Source: Macrostomum lignano (Eukaryota). From it: a stretch of 64,000 nucleotides of DNA. Shown here in pieces: positions 1 through 11,710 of this stretch. Under the pieces are notes generated by a model that saw only the letters and a program-made list of their open reading frames with translations, made no database searches and was not told the DNA's origin. Numbering within the stretch: the stretch's first letter is position 1; each line of letters begins with the position of its first letter. Location of the stretch: positions 1 to 64,000 of the forward strand of contig NIVC01001791.1 of assembly GCA_002269645.1 (NCBI GenBank), read 5' to 3'. Position numbers and translations under genes: made by a program.

Positions 1-469
1 TCACTGCCCTCCCCTCCTCTGTATTGCAAACTCTGCAGCAGTTTAACAGTGGATGGCAATTGGCAAATCGAGGGAATCCAGCAAAAAAGCGAAACGAAAA
101 GCGGTTTGTAAAAAGCGAAAGATTTATGAAAAGGCGATGCGATGCAATGCACAATGCAATAAAACCTACTAAATTAGGCCAGCCCATGGAAATTTTAGGT
201 TTCTTTTAAAAGTAGTGTGTAAATTTTAAATGGCCTCCTAAAAATGCGTATTCCTTGGTTGTTAGACTGATGCAGACTGCAGTGGAGCTGAAAATATAAA
301 AATTCCTTTCAGGGCTGCAAAATTGGCAAGAAAGATGACGTGATCAAAGCATGAGAACAACGATGAGAGTAGTACGTCCCACAAACTGGCTTTCGAAGCA
401 GGGATCGCAGACTTTTACTTCAAAAGCCAGATAAAGAATCCAGATTATGTGCGGGCCAGATGAGAGTGG

Positions 470-1453
470 AAAGGAGAAGGAATAGACTATTAGAAGAGAG
501 GAGAGGCGAGAGGGGGATAAAGAAAAACATGGAAGATAAGAGGAGAGACAAGTGGTGAGGAGAGAGCAGAGAAGAAGGGAGGAAGAAGCGAGAGGAGGGG
601 AGAAAGGAGGGAGAGGAAAGAGTAAATGTGAGAAGAGGGGAGAGATGAGACAGAGGATCGATGAGAGGAGAGTAGAGAAGAGTGAGAAGAGAGTAGAGAT
701 GAGAGAGCAGAAAGAAGATGACAGAGGGTCAAGAGGAGAGGAGAGATTAGAGAGGAGAGAGTAGAAAGGATAGAGAAGAGAGGAGATAAGAGGGGGAGAG
801 AGGAGTGAGAAGAAAAGAGTTAGAGATAAGAGAGGGGTGTAAGAAGAGGGGAGAAAGGAGAGATGAGATTGTAGAGATGAGACAGATTAAAGGAGAGATG
901 AGAGAGTAAAGATGAGAGATGAAAAAGGTGAGAGGAAAGTGCAGAGAGACGAGATAGAGAAAGAGAGGGGTGTAAGAAGAGGGAGAAAGGAGAGATGAGA
1001 TTGTAGAGATGAGACAGATTAAAGGAGAGATGAGAGAGTAAAGATGAGAGATAAAAAAGGTGAGAGGAAAGTGCAGAGAGACGAGAAAAATAATAGAGGA
1101 GAGAGAGTATAGAAGAAGAAGAGAAAAGAAGAGAGGAGTAAGGAAAGAGAGGAGTCAGAAGAGGTGAAGAGAAGAGTACAGAGGAGATAAGTGAGAGAAC
1201 GTATAAGAGAGTAAAGATGACAGATGAGAGAGCAGAGATGAGGGTGAACAGACGAGAGATGGGAGAGTAGAGAACAGAGGAGAGATAAGAGAGAAGAGAT
1301 TACAGAGACTAGAGAGAGAAGAAGACAGGGAGAGAGAAGAGGAATTAGGAGAATGAAGAGGGAAGAGAGGAGAAGATAGATGGGAGAGGAGAGATAAGAG
1401 AGAGAGAGAGAGGGAGAAAGAGAGAGAAGAGGAGAAAGAGAGAGAAAGAGAGA

Positions 1454-1538
<85 letters not shown>

Positions 1539-2210
1539 GAGCAAAGAGAAACGAGAAGAGATAATTGAGAAAAGATAAAAGAAGAGAAAGGAGAGATGAA
1601 AGAGCAGACGAGAGAGAAGAGAGGTGAGGGAAGAGACAAGAGAGAAGAGAAATGATTGAAGAGACGAGCGACGAGGGGAGAGAAGAGATAAAACAAGAAA
1701 AGAGATAAAAGGAAAGAGAGAGAGGAAAGAGGTGAGGGAAGAGACGAGAGAAAAGGGGAGAGAGGAGAGAGGAAAGAGTAGAGAGGAGAGATGAGAGAGT
1801 AGAAGAGAGAGTTAAGAGATGAGAGAGTAGAGGAGAGAGTTAAGATATGAGAGAAAAGAATAGAGAGGAGAAGGAAGAGACGAGAGAAGAGGGGGAGAGA
1901 GGAGAGAGGAGAGGAGAAAGAAAACGAAAAAGTAGAGAGGGGAGAGGAGAGGAGAGAGAAAAGAAGAGGGAAGAGATGAGATAAGAGATATGAAAGAGAA
2001 GAAAGATGAGGGAGGATACGAAAGAAGATGGGAGAGAGGAGAGAGGAGAGGAGAGGAGAGAAAACGAAAAGTAGAAAGGAGAGAGGAGAGGAGAGAGAAA
2101 AGAATAAGGAAGAGATGAGGGAAGATACGAGAGAAGAGAGGAAGAGAGAGAGAGAGAGGAGAGACGAGGGACGAGAGAGAAGAAAGGAAACAGAAGAGAC
2201 GATAGAAATT
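470..2210. repeat. Purine-rich (GA/GAGGA) low-complexity tract with an internal ~130-bp duplication
   Basis: Almost only G/A on the + strand. The block 'gaggggtgtaagaagag...gagagtaaagatgagagat' occurs at ~833 and ~966. The overlapping S/L/E/R-rich ORFs are compositional artefacts. Confidence 0.9.
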
Positions 2211-3228
2211 TTAAAGGATCCAATGGACATAGGGAGAGTCAGGGAGAGGCCAGAGTTTGCCAATACATGTTTTAAAGTCAGACAGACATTGCCTGACATT
2301 CTGTGCAGTACCCAGCCAACAATATCAATGTTTGCCTCAAATCCTTACACCAATATGTCCATTTTATGTCTACCTCTATCCTACTAACTATTAACAAGTT
2401 TTTGTTTGTGTATGGCCTTAGATTTCAGAATTTCTGGGGATTCTCAGTTCCAGGGATTGGAATTCCCTGGGTTCAAAATCCGCGGGTATCAACAGCTTGT
2501 TGTTTATAAGAAAAAAAACTAGCACATTACTAGGTAGGACTGTAATTAATATAGATTAGGCCTATAGGGCTTATATTATTGCCTAAAAATTCGAATGAAA
2601 TTCACAATTAGGCTAGACTAGGCCTATAGGCTCTATTGGCATTCAAGAATCAAGAATTGATTGCTAAACTCCAGTTATAATTAGTACAATTTTAAGTTTA
2701 GCAAATGATTCTTAAAAATTAAAAATTGCTACCTACCTACTAATCCTATAGCAAATAATAAAAATAAAATTCTGTCCTATTGACCTATTCCTATCTAACC
2801 CTTATACCAGGAACCAGGGCCTATAGGGCCTATAGGGCCTATATATGCGGCATATGCCTAGGCCTATTTTTACATTGGACATGAACCTATCTTAATCCTG
2901 ATATCTTGACATCTTAAAATAAAATCCTGACAAACAGGCTAAGGCATGTAGCCTGGATTCAAGCCAATCAAGGATTTATATCAGCCAGGGGGGGGGGCAG
3001 AGACATGAGACATCAATCTATTTCTTTAATGCATGCATAACGTAGAAATAAAAACTGAAAAGCAAAATAAAAAAGCTGTAAAAAATTTTGGGGGACATTT
3101 CCCCAGTGTCCCCCGCCTTGGGTACATCCCTGCTGACAAAAATTATTAATAAGTGTCATAAGATACTAAAATAAGAGTATTAGGTATTTAGGCTATGCTA
3201 TAGTATATTACTACTACAAATAGCTTAC

Positions 3229-3263
3229 GCAGAAATATCCTTTCCTGAAATCAGCTTTGCCAT
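3229..3263 (-). CDS. MTHFD1: First coding exon of a C1-tetrahydrofolate synthase / methylene-THF dehydrogenase-like gene; downstream exons not found in the window
   Basis: ATG at 3263 gives MAKLISGKDIS+GC, followed directly by a GTAAG donor. This resembles the human MTHFD1 N-terminus (MAPAEILNGKEISA), whose first intron I recall falling at the same phase-2 position. Only 35 nt support the call. Confidence 0.6.
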
Positions 3264-4745
3264 GTTGACTTTTGTAGTGTAGCCGAAAAAAGCTTTTGAT
3301 TGATGAAGAACTTTATTTTGTAAAGAAAAGTAAAGAAACTTAAATTTCAAGCTGAAGCACTTACGAAGACCTATCGCGATCATTGGTGGTGTTTGTCGCA
3401 AAAGCGAAGCGCGTGAGAGGCACCATGATAAGATAAAACCGAGATTATGACGATAACAATACTTCATAGAAAATAATAAAAATTAAAAATATGAGTGATT
3501 TCATTATTACTGATAAAAAATTGATAAAACGTGAGGTGTGCAAGGTTGCTTTTGTTTAAATAGGTTACTGATGGGTGATAGTTACAATTCGCACGTTTCA
3601 AATTTATTGTTTCAAAAAAGAGAGCCAAAACCAGAATACAACCTCAGAAATTCCCCACCCCAAATGGCAAGTAGACTTTAGAGCTCTCCTTTCAAAGTGA
3701 AAAAAACGTGGACATGGCATTGAAAATCCCTAGCTGTTGCTTGAATCCTAAATTCCAGGAACTAGATATGGGAAACATATGTCCCCGTAACCAATATATT
3801 ATCTGTAAATGTGCAGCTTTGTCTAAAACCTCCGTAACTTCCCGTACATGTACGTAGCCATATCCGTTCCAAGGACTATTGTTAAGAGTTGTTTAGTAGT
3901 CCTTGATCCGTAGCAATGGCGGAAGTCTACCATTAAATGCTATCCCAAATTTGGGATTGTGAATTTCGAAAGGACCAGCATAAACAGTAATACATGAAGG
4001 TTGCATATTGGGGGTTGTGCATGAAGCTTGACTGGAAAAATTCCGTGTAAAAATGACGCGAACTCGGCCGGGGTCTTTTACGAGTTTTTAGTCGAGTTAC
4101 CGCCTAGTCTATAAATTATCTACATCCATGAAGATGCAAATAAAAACGCATGTGTTTCACTAGCTAATTACAGTTAACTGTTTAGTATGTATTATGACGT
4201 AGTGTAGTATGTGATTTTGAAATAGGGGGGGTTTATTGCATTACGGCGCCTGATACACGTGGTAAACTGTGACACATTGTGCTCAAAATTTTTCTCAGCT
4301 AGCTTCTTCTTTACCGTAACCGTCTTGGCTGGGGGCGCACCTAGATGCAGTCATGCACGAGCTTCCTCCACCACTGCATCACTGTTCTCGATCCTTTACA
4401 AATGCCTCCTAAACATTTCTGCAAACCTGCAGGCATTTGTCGTTTTCTCTTTCCATGAAATCCTTGTGACATTCTTCTGTAACATTTCATGTTCAAAGTA
4501 AAATATTTGCTCAGCTTCAGCTTTGCTTCTGCGCAGCTAAAATACAGTATATAGTAAAATGATGAAGGTTACATGTACATGGATTACAAGTAAATGTTTT
4601 TGTAAAGAGGTACATGTAATTATGAGTCGAGCAAGTTTTATGCAGATATAATTAGTAGGAGCTTCTGAATTAGTGACGAAGGCATGACAGTTAATTAAAT
4701 CCGTTTTTTAGTGTTTGGTAAGTAAGTTTAAATCATTTTCTGCTT

Positions 4746-7700
4746 TTAAAGTGCCGCTTTTATGCCGTTTCGTTCGCCATTTTGTTGCTTTGAATAACTT
4801 CCAATGTCTTCTAGAAGCAATCGAACTGTTTCCTTGGCACAGCCCCAGAAAATTGTCAAACCTGAGCCGCCGTGACCGTAGTTGTGATAGATCTGCAAGT
4901 TTGAGAGTTTTATAGCTTATTAACCCTCGAATAAATGATTGCTGGGGTTGAGAAGCTACTCAACTCGAACTGAATCAGGTTGAGAAACTACTCAACTCGA
5001 ACGGAATCAGGTTGAGAAGCTATACTCAACTCGAACGGAATCAGGTTGAGAAACTACTCAACTCGAACTGAATAAGGTTGAGAAGCTACTCAACTCGAAC
5101 TGAATCAGGTTGAGAAACTACTCAACTCGAACGGAATCAGGTTGAGAAGCTATACTCAACTCGAACGGAATCAGGTTGAGAAACTACTCAACTCGAACGG
5201 AATCAGGTTGAGAAACTACTCAACTCGAACTGAATCAGGTTGAGAAGCTATACTCAACTCGAACTGAATCAGGTTGAGAAGCTATACTCAACTCGAACTG
5301 AATCAGGTTGAGAAGCTACTCAACTCGAACGGAATCAGGTTGAGAAGCTATACTCAACTCGAACTGAATCAGGTTGAGAAGCTATAATCAACTCGAACTG
5401 AATCAGGTTGAGAAACTACTCAACTCGAACGGAATCAGGTTGAGAAACTACTCAACTAGAACTGAATCAGGTTGAGAAGCTATACTCAACTCGAACTGAA
5501 TCAGGTTGAGAAACTACTCAACTCGAAGGGAATCAGGTTGAGAAACTACTCAACTCGAACGGAATCAGGTTGAGAAGCTATACTCAACTCGAACTGAATC
5601 AGGTTGAGAAACTACTCAACTCGAACGGAATCAGGTTGAGAAGCTATACTCAACTCGAACTGAATCAGGTTGAGAAGCTACTCAACTCGAACTGAATCAG
5701 GTTGAGAAGCTATACTCAACTCGAACTGAATCAGGTTGAGAAGCTATACTCAACTCGAACTGAATCAGGTTGAGAAGCTACTCAACTCGAACTGAATCAG
5801 GTTGAGAAGCTATACTCAACTCGAACTGAATCAGGTTGAGAAGCTATACTCAACTCGAACTGAATCAGGTTGAGAAGCTATACTCAACTCGAACTGAATC
5901 AGGTTGAGAAGCTACTCAACTCGAACTGAATCAGGTTGAGAAGCTATACTCAACTCGAACTGAATCAGGTTGAGAAGCTACTCAACTCGAACTGAATCAG
6001 GTTGAGAAGCTATACTCAACTCGAACTGAATCAGGTTGAGAAGCTACTCAACTCGAACTGAATCAGGTTGAGAAGCTATACTCAACTCGAACTGAATCAG
6101 GTTGAGAAGCTACTCAACTCGAACTGAATCAGGTTGAGAAGCTATACTCAACTCGAACTGAATCAGGTTGAGAAGCTATACTCAACTCGAACTGAATCAG
6201 GTTGAGAAACTACTCAACTCGAACGGAATCAGGTTGAGAAGCTATACTCAACTCGAACTGAATCAGGTTGAGAAACTACTCAACTCGAACTGAATCAGGT
6301 TGAGAAGCTATACTCAACTCGAACTGAATCAGGTTGAGAAGCTATACTCAACTCGAACTGAATCAGGTTGAGAAACTACTCAACTCGAACGGAATCAGGT
6401 TGAGAAGCTATACTCAACTCGAACTGTATGAATCGTAAGTCAGATAAAAGGCTACTAAATTCGAACTCACAGTACAGTCGGGTCGAATTTCCCTCTCCAA
6501 GCGAACCTGCTCACGACCAGGCCGCAGACCGACAGCGTCCTGCACAATGGGAGCTGAGGCAAGTGACGGCCACAGAGATGTTACTCGGTGCAGGATGTCC
6601 GCTTTGTCAACTGCTGACACCTCCGTGCTCCAGTTGCCTTTCTGTGAGGTGCCGCCGAGTACCACAGTGTCCGAACTGCATGGTCGGTGAGGCAAATTTT
6701 AATCTAGCATAAATGTAATTTCAGTATCATGAACAGACTCTATTAACTTGACTATTGTGATCTTTATTTTGAGCAATGTAACTTTTAATTGAGTATCGTG
6801 ACCTTCATTTAAGCACATTAATCTTCAGTTGACCCAGGGACTACTTAAACTAGTCCTTAAGTTTAAGTAGTCCCTGAGTTGACCATACTGTCTTTCGTTT
6901 GAGCATCTAGACTTTGACTTGAGAATCAAACCCTAGATGCATCATTAGTGCATTTACCGATCAATACCGATCAATTTTTTATTACATTCTTTGTTGGCTC
7001 GCCACGGGGGCGCTGATAGAAGAAGAGTCATGTAAAAAAGAAAAGAAGCACTATGTATACATAAAAGAAAAGTCCTGTCGAAGTTAAAAGATTCATTTGG
7101 GAATTGCTACGATGTCAAGGCTTGGAGGGAATCGTTATAGTGCTGTGATTCTTAAAGAAGGAATCACTAAAATGTCAAGGCTTAGGGGAGAAGAATTGCT
7201 GAGATTTCAAGGCTTTAGGTTGGGTTAAAGTTAGGTTTAGGTCAGGTTTGGATTGATGGTTAGATTTTAGCGGGTTTCAAGGTTAACAGGGGATTTTTCA
7301 GATTTCAAGGTTTATGGGGGGCATCGCTGACATTTCAAGGCTTACAGGGGGAATAGCTGAAATGTCAAGGCTAAAGTCAGAAGCTGCATGTAGTTTATTG
7401 AAAACTTTTTAATACATTATTTGTTGCTTCCTCAGGGGAGGGATCGCTGATAGAAAAAGCGTAATGTAAAAATTAAAAGAAGCTTCATGTCGAAGTTAAG
7501 AGATTCATTTGGGAATCCCTACGATGTCAAGGCTTGCAGGGAATCGCTATAATGCTGTAGTGCTATAATGACTCTTGGAGTGAATTACTGAAATGTCAGT
7601 GCTTTAGGGTTAGGGTTAGGGTTAGGGTTAGAGTTAGGCTAGGGTTAGTGTTAGGTGGACAGATTTTTTTAGATTTCATATGGGGGGCATCGCTGAGATG

Positions 7701-10371
7701 TCAGGGGGGAAGTTGATATGTTAAAGCTTGTGGGAGGGGGGGGTGGAATTACTGACGTGTCAAGGCTTACAAGAAACGGCTGAGGTATATTGCAAAGAGA
7801 TGCTACATGTAGTTTATTACAAAACTTGTACTGCATTTTTGGCTCCCCAACGCTAAGATACTAAGCTAAAAAATACTACTAGCGCTTCACAAACTTATGC
7901 AGATGTCAGGCTGTAGGGTTAGTGTTAGGGTTGGTGCTAGGGTTAGTGTTAGGGTTGGTGTTAGGGTTAGTGTTAGGTTTGGTGTTAGGGTTAGTGTTAG
8001 GGTTGGTGTTAGGGTTGGTGTTAGGGTTGGTGTTAGGGTTGGTGTTAGGGTTGGTGTTAGGGGTGGTGTTAGGGTTGGTGTTAGGGTTTAGGTTTAGGGT
8101 TCAGGGTTATAGCGTTAAGATTCGGGTTAGGGCTGGGTTAGGGTAGCTTATAACTTAGCTCATGTAGCTCGTAGCTTATTAAAAATGTTTATCATGGAAG
8201 CGTCATGCAAAAATAATGGAAGCGTCATGTAAAAACTCATGGAAGCGTAATGTGAAAAATCATGGAAGCGTCATGCAAAAACTCATGGACAAAATATTAA
8301 ATTTAGGGTTATGATTGGGTTAGAAGTTTCACAGGAGATTTTTTAAGATTTCAAGGCTACATGCAGCTTATTAAAAAAACGTGCATTGCATTTCTTTGGC
8401 TCCCCAACGGGGGGCGTAGATTGCTAGTGTAAACTAAACTCTTACACCGACTTCCAAAAATCCAATTCATTGCCTTCCACTCACTTTGGCAAGCAGTATG
8501 TGCTGGTCTCCGAGTCCATCAGCCAGAAGTTCATCCACGGTGCTCTTACCCGGTGCACCTGCCCTCTGATGGGGTACATTTTCTCGTCGGCGCAGAGGTC
8601 CCTGGCGCCCAGACCCGTGCAGTTGACGATTCGAGCAAAGCCCTGGCCAATCAGAGAGTCAAACGAGGTCAGACGACGGTTGGTTACAAGGCGACCACCG
8701 AGTCTTTTAAATCTGCGGTGTTTTTTGGCAATTCGGTGGCATGTAGTGACTTAGAAACTTGAAACTTAGACTGAGCAGAACTGTAATAAGTTCGAGAGGA
8801 ACTTCTTGCGAGAGGAATTTACATGACCCTGGTAGAACGAACCACATCCGGTACTAGAGCCGGAACCGGAACTACATCCTTAACCGAACTAAATCTAGAA
8901 CCAAACAACTACATCCTGCGAAACAGGAACTGCATTTGGAACGGGAGCACGAGAATTTCCTGCAGGAAGTTTTCCCGCTGGATTTTTTCCAGTCGGAATT
9001 TCAAGTCAAATCCAGTCTATAGACAATGCTGGACTAGATTAGGACTAGCCTAGACTAGACTAGACATAAACTAGACTAGATTAAAAACTAGACTATATTA
9101 GAACTAAACTAGACTAGATTTCAAATCCGATTGGATTTGAATTGAAATTTCGACAGGAAAAACTCTGCGGGAAAACTTCCTGAGGGATTCTCATAGACCA
9201 GACCCTTTGGAACAGGAACTACAACCATAACAGCAACTAGAACAGGAACCTGAACACAAACCCATACTAGAACTCTTAAATGGTCTGGTAGAATCCGCCA
9301 GAATGGTTAAAAACTATTTATTAATGAGTGTTCCAAAGTAAATTTGTACTTACCACAGTACTTACACCCAGGATTTCTGCAACAAGCAATAAAATCCGAG
9401 ATTAAGCTTCACTTACTTATCCATCAGAATAGGCAGCAGCTTTCTACCCTCAGCCATGACTGACACGTAGAAGTAGCCGCCTTTAATTTCCGGCGGGAAC
9501 ATTGACACCTCCGATTTGGTCATGGGACGAAATCCTATTGGAATGTGCGACCAACTGATTACCTGCGAGTGCAAAAAACCGAACGATTTTGTTTCTTTAA
9601 CCCTCGAAAATGACGTCAGACTATATTTAGCTATAAAAATGGATACGATTACTCGTACTGGTCGGAGATAATTTTCTTTTCTTATAAAGTCCCAGAAGCT
9701 CTGGTTATGGCGTGTTTCTATTTTTAGCAGCACCATAAAATTTTCACTGACGTAATTTTCTATTTTTAGAAACAGCCTTCGAAATAATCAGTGACGTTTT
9801 GAGGAAAGACAGTGTGCTTCAATAGTATCGATTTCTATGCTGTTTAAAGTGTGTAGTTGCACACTCTAAAATCTGAATGATCATTGAAATAATCTGCTCA
9901 CTGGTAAGTTCTCCGACCTGTAGACAGTGTATCCCGGAGTGTAGTGCACCCCGTTCTCTCCAGGCGTCGGATTTGACTCCACAATCGATTGCAAATAGCG
10001 ATAGGTTTCTTCCGACCAGGAACTACAATTGAAGGTTGTTAAGGTGTTTTTACTGTAAGTTTGAGAAATGTTACATGTAGTCATCGTTTTTTGTATGAAA
10101 GTTAAGCTTGAATCAGCAGCCAAGCCAAGGCTCAAGGGGGTTTGTCATGGGCATGGCGATATTAGTGAACTCACTCGCTTAGCTGAGTTGGCGTCTTGCT
10201 CAGGTAAACAGGAGTCCAGAATCCGGCCGCCACATCTCCAGTTGTGTTCGGCGTCACTTGATCGGTGAAAATGGTCACCTCGGCGGCTGGCAGGGTCTCC
10301 AGAATTCTCAGGCCACACGCGGTGCCAATGATGCCGCCGCCAACAATGGCCACTTTCAATTGTTGTTGCAT
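4746..10371 (-). CDS. DAO: D-amino-acid oxidase / D-aspartate oxidase family flavoenzyme, 6 exons, 347 aa
   Basis: Exons 10175-10371, 9902-10022, 9417-9562, 8485-8712, 6471-6675 and 4746-4892 have GT-AG ends with consistent phases (1044 nt). Motifs: [10 protein letters not shown] (FAD), [50 protein letters not shown]. Confidence 0.93.
4943..6426. repeat. 32/34-bp minisatellite (~45 copies) in DAO intron 5
   Basis: Unit CTCAACTCGAAC(T/G)GAATCAGGTTGAGAA(G/A)CTA(TA), in direct tandem with no unique spacers. Confidence 0.95.
6835..6876. other. Perfect 17-bp-stem hairpin related to the TTAA-flanked element at 31087
   Basis: CAGGGACTACTTAAACT (6835-6851) and AGTTTAAGTAGTCCCTG (6860-6876). Confidence 0.8.
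6990..8420. repeat. Diverged ~420-550-bp macro-repeat carrying interstitial telomere-like (TTAGGG)n tracts, in DAO intron 4
   Basis: The anchor 'gct(a/g)catg(t/c)ag(t/c)ttatt...' recurs at ~7383, ~7801 and ~8356. There is (TTAGGG)n at ~7604-7650 and a GTTAGGGTTGGT 12-mer array at ~7910-8100. Confidence 0.7.
8951..9192. mobile_element. Foldback/MITE-like element with ~65-bp imperfect inverted arms around a (CTAGA)n core, in DAO intron 3
   Basis: 8951-9016 (gagaatttcctgcaggaagttttcccgc...tcaaatcca) is the approximate reverse complement of 9129-9192. Confidence 0.65.
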
Positions 10372-10745
10372 TTCTCCGGTGTTATTACTTTTATAGTTTC
10401 CGGTGTTTTTTGAGTCATAGAATAAAGTAAAGTTTGTTGGAGACTTTCTTTGAACTGGTAATTCAATTTCAAAGCGGCTTACATTACAATTCAAGCTATA
10501 GATAATAAAACTCCAAGATTAGAAGCGGGAAAGACAGGCCATCGAATGGAGGGGCTGCTTATGAACTAACGCTAAATTTGCATGCAACACGTGGCTGGTT
10601 TGAGATCACAAAATGATAAGACCGCGCCAGCTTATCAAATGTTTGCCTGCTATGCAGTGTCATGACGCTTAAGGAGTTTTCAACCTTCATCTGTAATACT
10701 TATATCTGTATGGGTCTTTCATACCACGAGTTCACATTTTAGCCC

Positions 10746-10785
10746 TGTAAGAGGCGTGAATGTTTTCGCTGTTGTGTGGTTTACA
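10746..10785 (+). repeat. 5' LTR remnant (40 bp, internally deleted)
   Basis: Matches the first 36 nt and the terminal TACA of the 181-bp 3' LTR. Confidence 0.9.
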
Positions 10786-10786
10786 T

Positions 10787-10798
10787 TGGTGGCAGCGG
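10787..10798 (+). promoter_or_regulatory. Primer-binding site complementary to the tRNA-Leu 3' end
   Basis: TGGTGGCAGCGG lies 1 nt after the LTR. It is the reverse complement of ...CCGCTGCCA-CCA, the recalled 3' end of eukaryotic tRNA-Leu(AAG/TAG). Confidence 0.8.
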
Positions 10799-10822
10799 CC
10801 TCAGTTGCAAACCGGCTCACTC

Positions 10823-11665
10823 ATGGCGCACGCAAATGCACTTTTACCGCCAAAGTTTTCTGGCTCAGACGATACCGATATCAACATGTGGCTGCAGATG
10901 TTTGAGGACTTTGCAGCAGATTCTGAGTGGAACGACACCAAGATGGCATCCAAGATCAAGCTGCTTCTATCAGGTGAAGCCCTCGTGTTCGTCTGGGACC
11001 TGCCAGCGGCCAAACAGAGCAGCTACAAGATCTTAAAGGACGAACTCGTCAAGTTCTACAGAGGCAAGGATAACACTTTTCGCGCTATGTCTGAGTTTGA
11101 GAGCCGGAAGCGACGCCAAGGAGAGTCGCTGAGGGAGCTGTGCTACGCACTCAAGCTTCTGTATCGAAAGGCACGCCCGGAGCACGCTCAAACGGTGAGA
11201 GATTGCGAAGTGCGACACCGACTGCTGGCTCTGCTGCCGAGATAGATCCGTGAGGCTCTGTTGAAAGCTTCGGATTATGACAGCAGCAGTCCTGAACAGC
11301 TGGCAGACCGCGCCACAGCGCTGGAGAGCATCGGCAGCAAAGGAGCCCCGGTAAGCGTCGCAGAGACATCGGTGAGCAGCCAAGTGACTGACCGGCTGGA
11401 GCAAATGCAAGAGCAGTTGGCGGATCTGGCTGCTACAGTCGCCACCATTGGCAGCCGCGGAGGACAGCGCGGTGGGAGAAGGAATGCAGCTCGTGGAAGA
11501 GGCAGCACCCGTGGAAAATGCTTCAACTGTGCTCAGCCCGGTCATTTCGCTGCTCAGTGTCCAGGCAAGCAAGTCGCTCCAGCTGTGCCGTCTGTGTGCA
11601 GCCGCTGCTCAGGCAGAGGACACCGGGCCGAGGTCTGCCCGACCCCGGCTTCGGGAAACTTCTGA
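10823..11665 (+). pseudogene. Gypsy gag with an internal TAG at 11243-11245
   Basis: Begins MAHANALLPPKFSG. The 10760 and 11261 ORFs share a frame and are split by one TAG. Knuckles CFNCAQPGHFAAQC and CSRCSGRGHRAEVC. Confidence 0.9.
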
Positions 11666-11710
11666 GGACTGGTGAGCGCGGGCCATCACCAGCCCTGCCT
11701 AGCAAGGCCC
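11653..11710 (+). promoter_or_regulatory. -1 programmed ribosomal frameshift signal (slippery GGGAAAC plus hairpin/pseudoknot)
   Basis: G GGA AAC in the gag frame at 11653-11659, with pol in the -1 frame. Stem CTGGTGA/TCACCAG follows closely, and the loop GGGCC is complementary to GGCCC at 11706-11710. Confidence 0.8.

Noticed and set aside
490-2387. S/L-rich and E/R-rich ORFs, also at 21894-23249, 31930-33070 and 40768-41643
   Set aside because: They are low-complexity purine/pyrimidine tracts with no domain motifs.
1-3228. Second exon of the MTHFD1-like gene
   Set aside because: No phase-compatible segment resembling the expected continuation was found in the unique stretches I translated. 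It probably lies left of the window.
4259-4520. Coding-like segment between DAO and the MTHFD1-like exon
   Set aside because: The minus-strand frames are broken by stops and show no recognisable motif.
4943-6426. CRISPR-like array of ~32-bp palindromic repeats
   Set aside because: The units are directly adjacent with no unique spacers, no cas genes are present, and the array lies in a eukaryotic intron.
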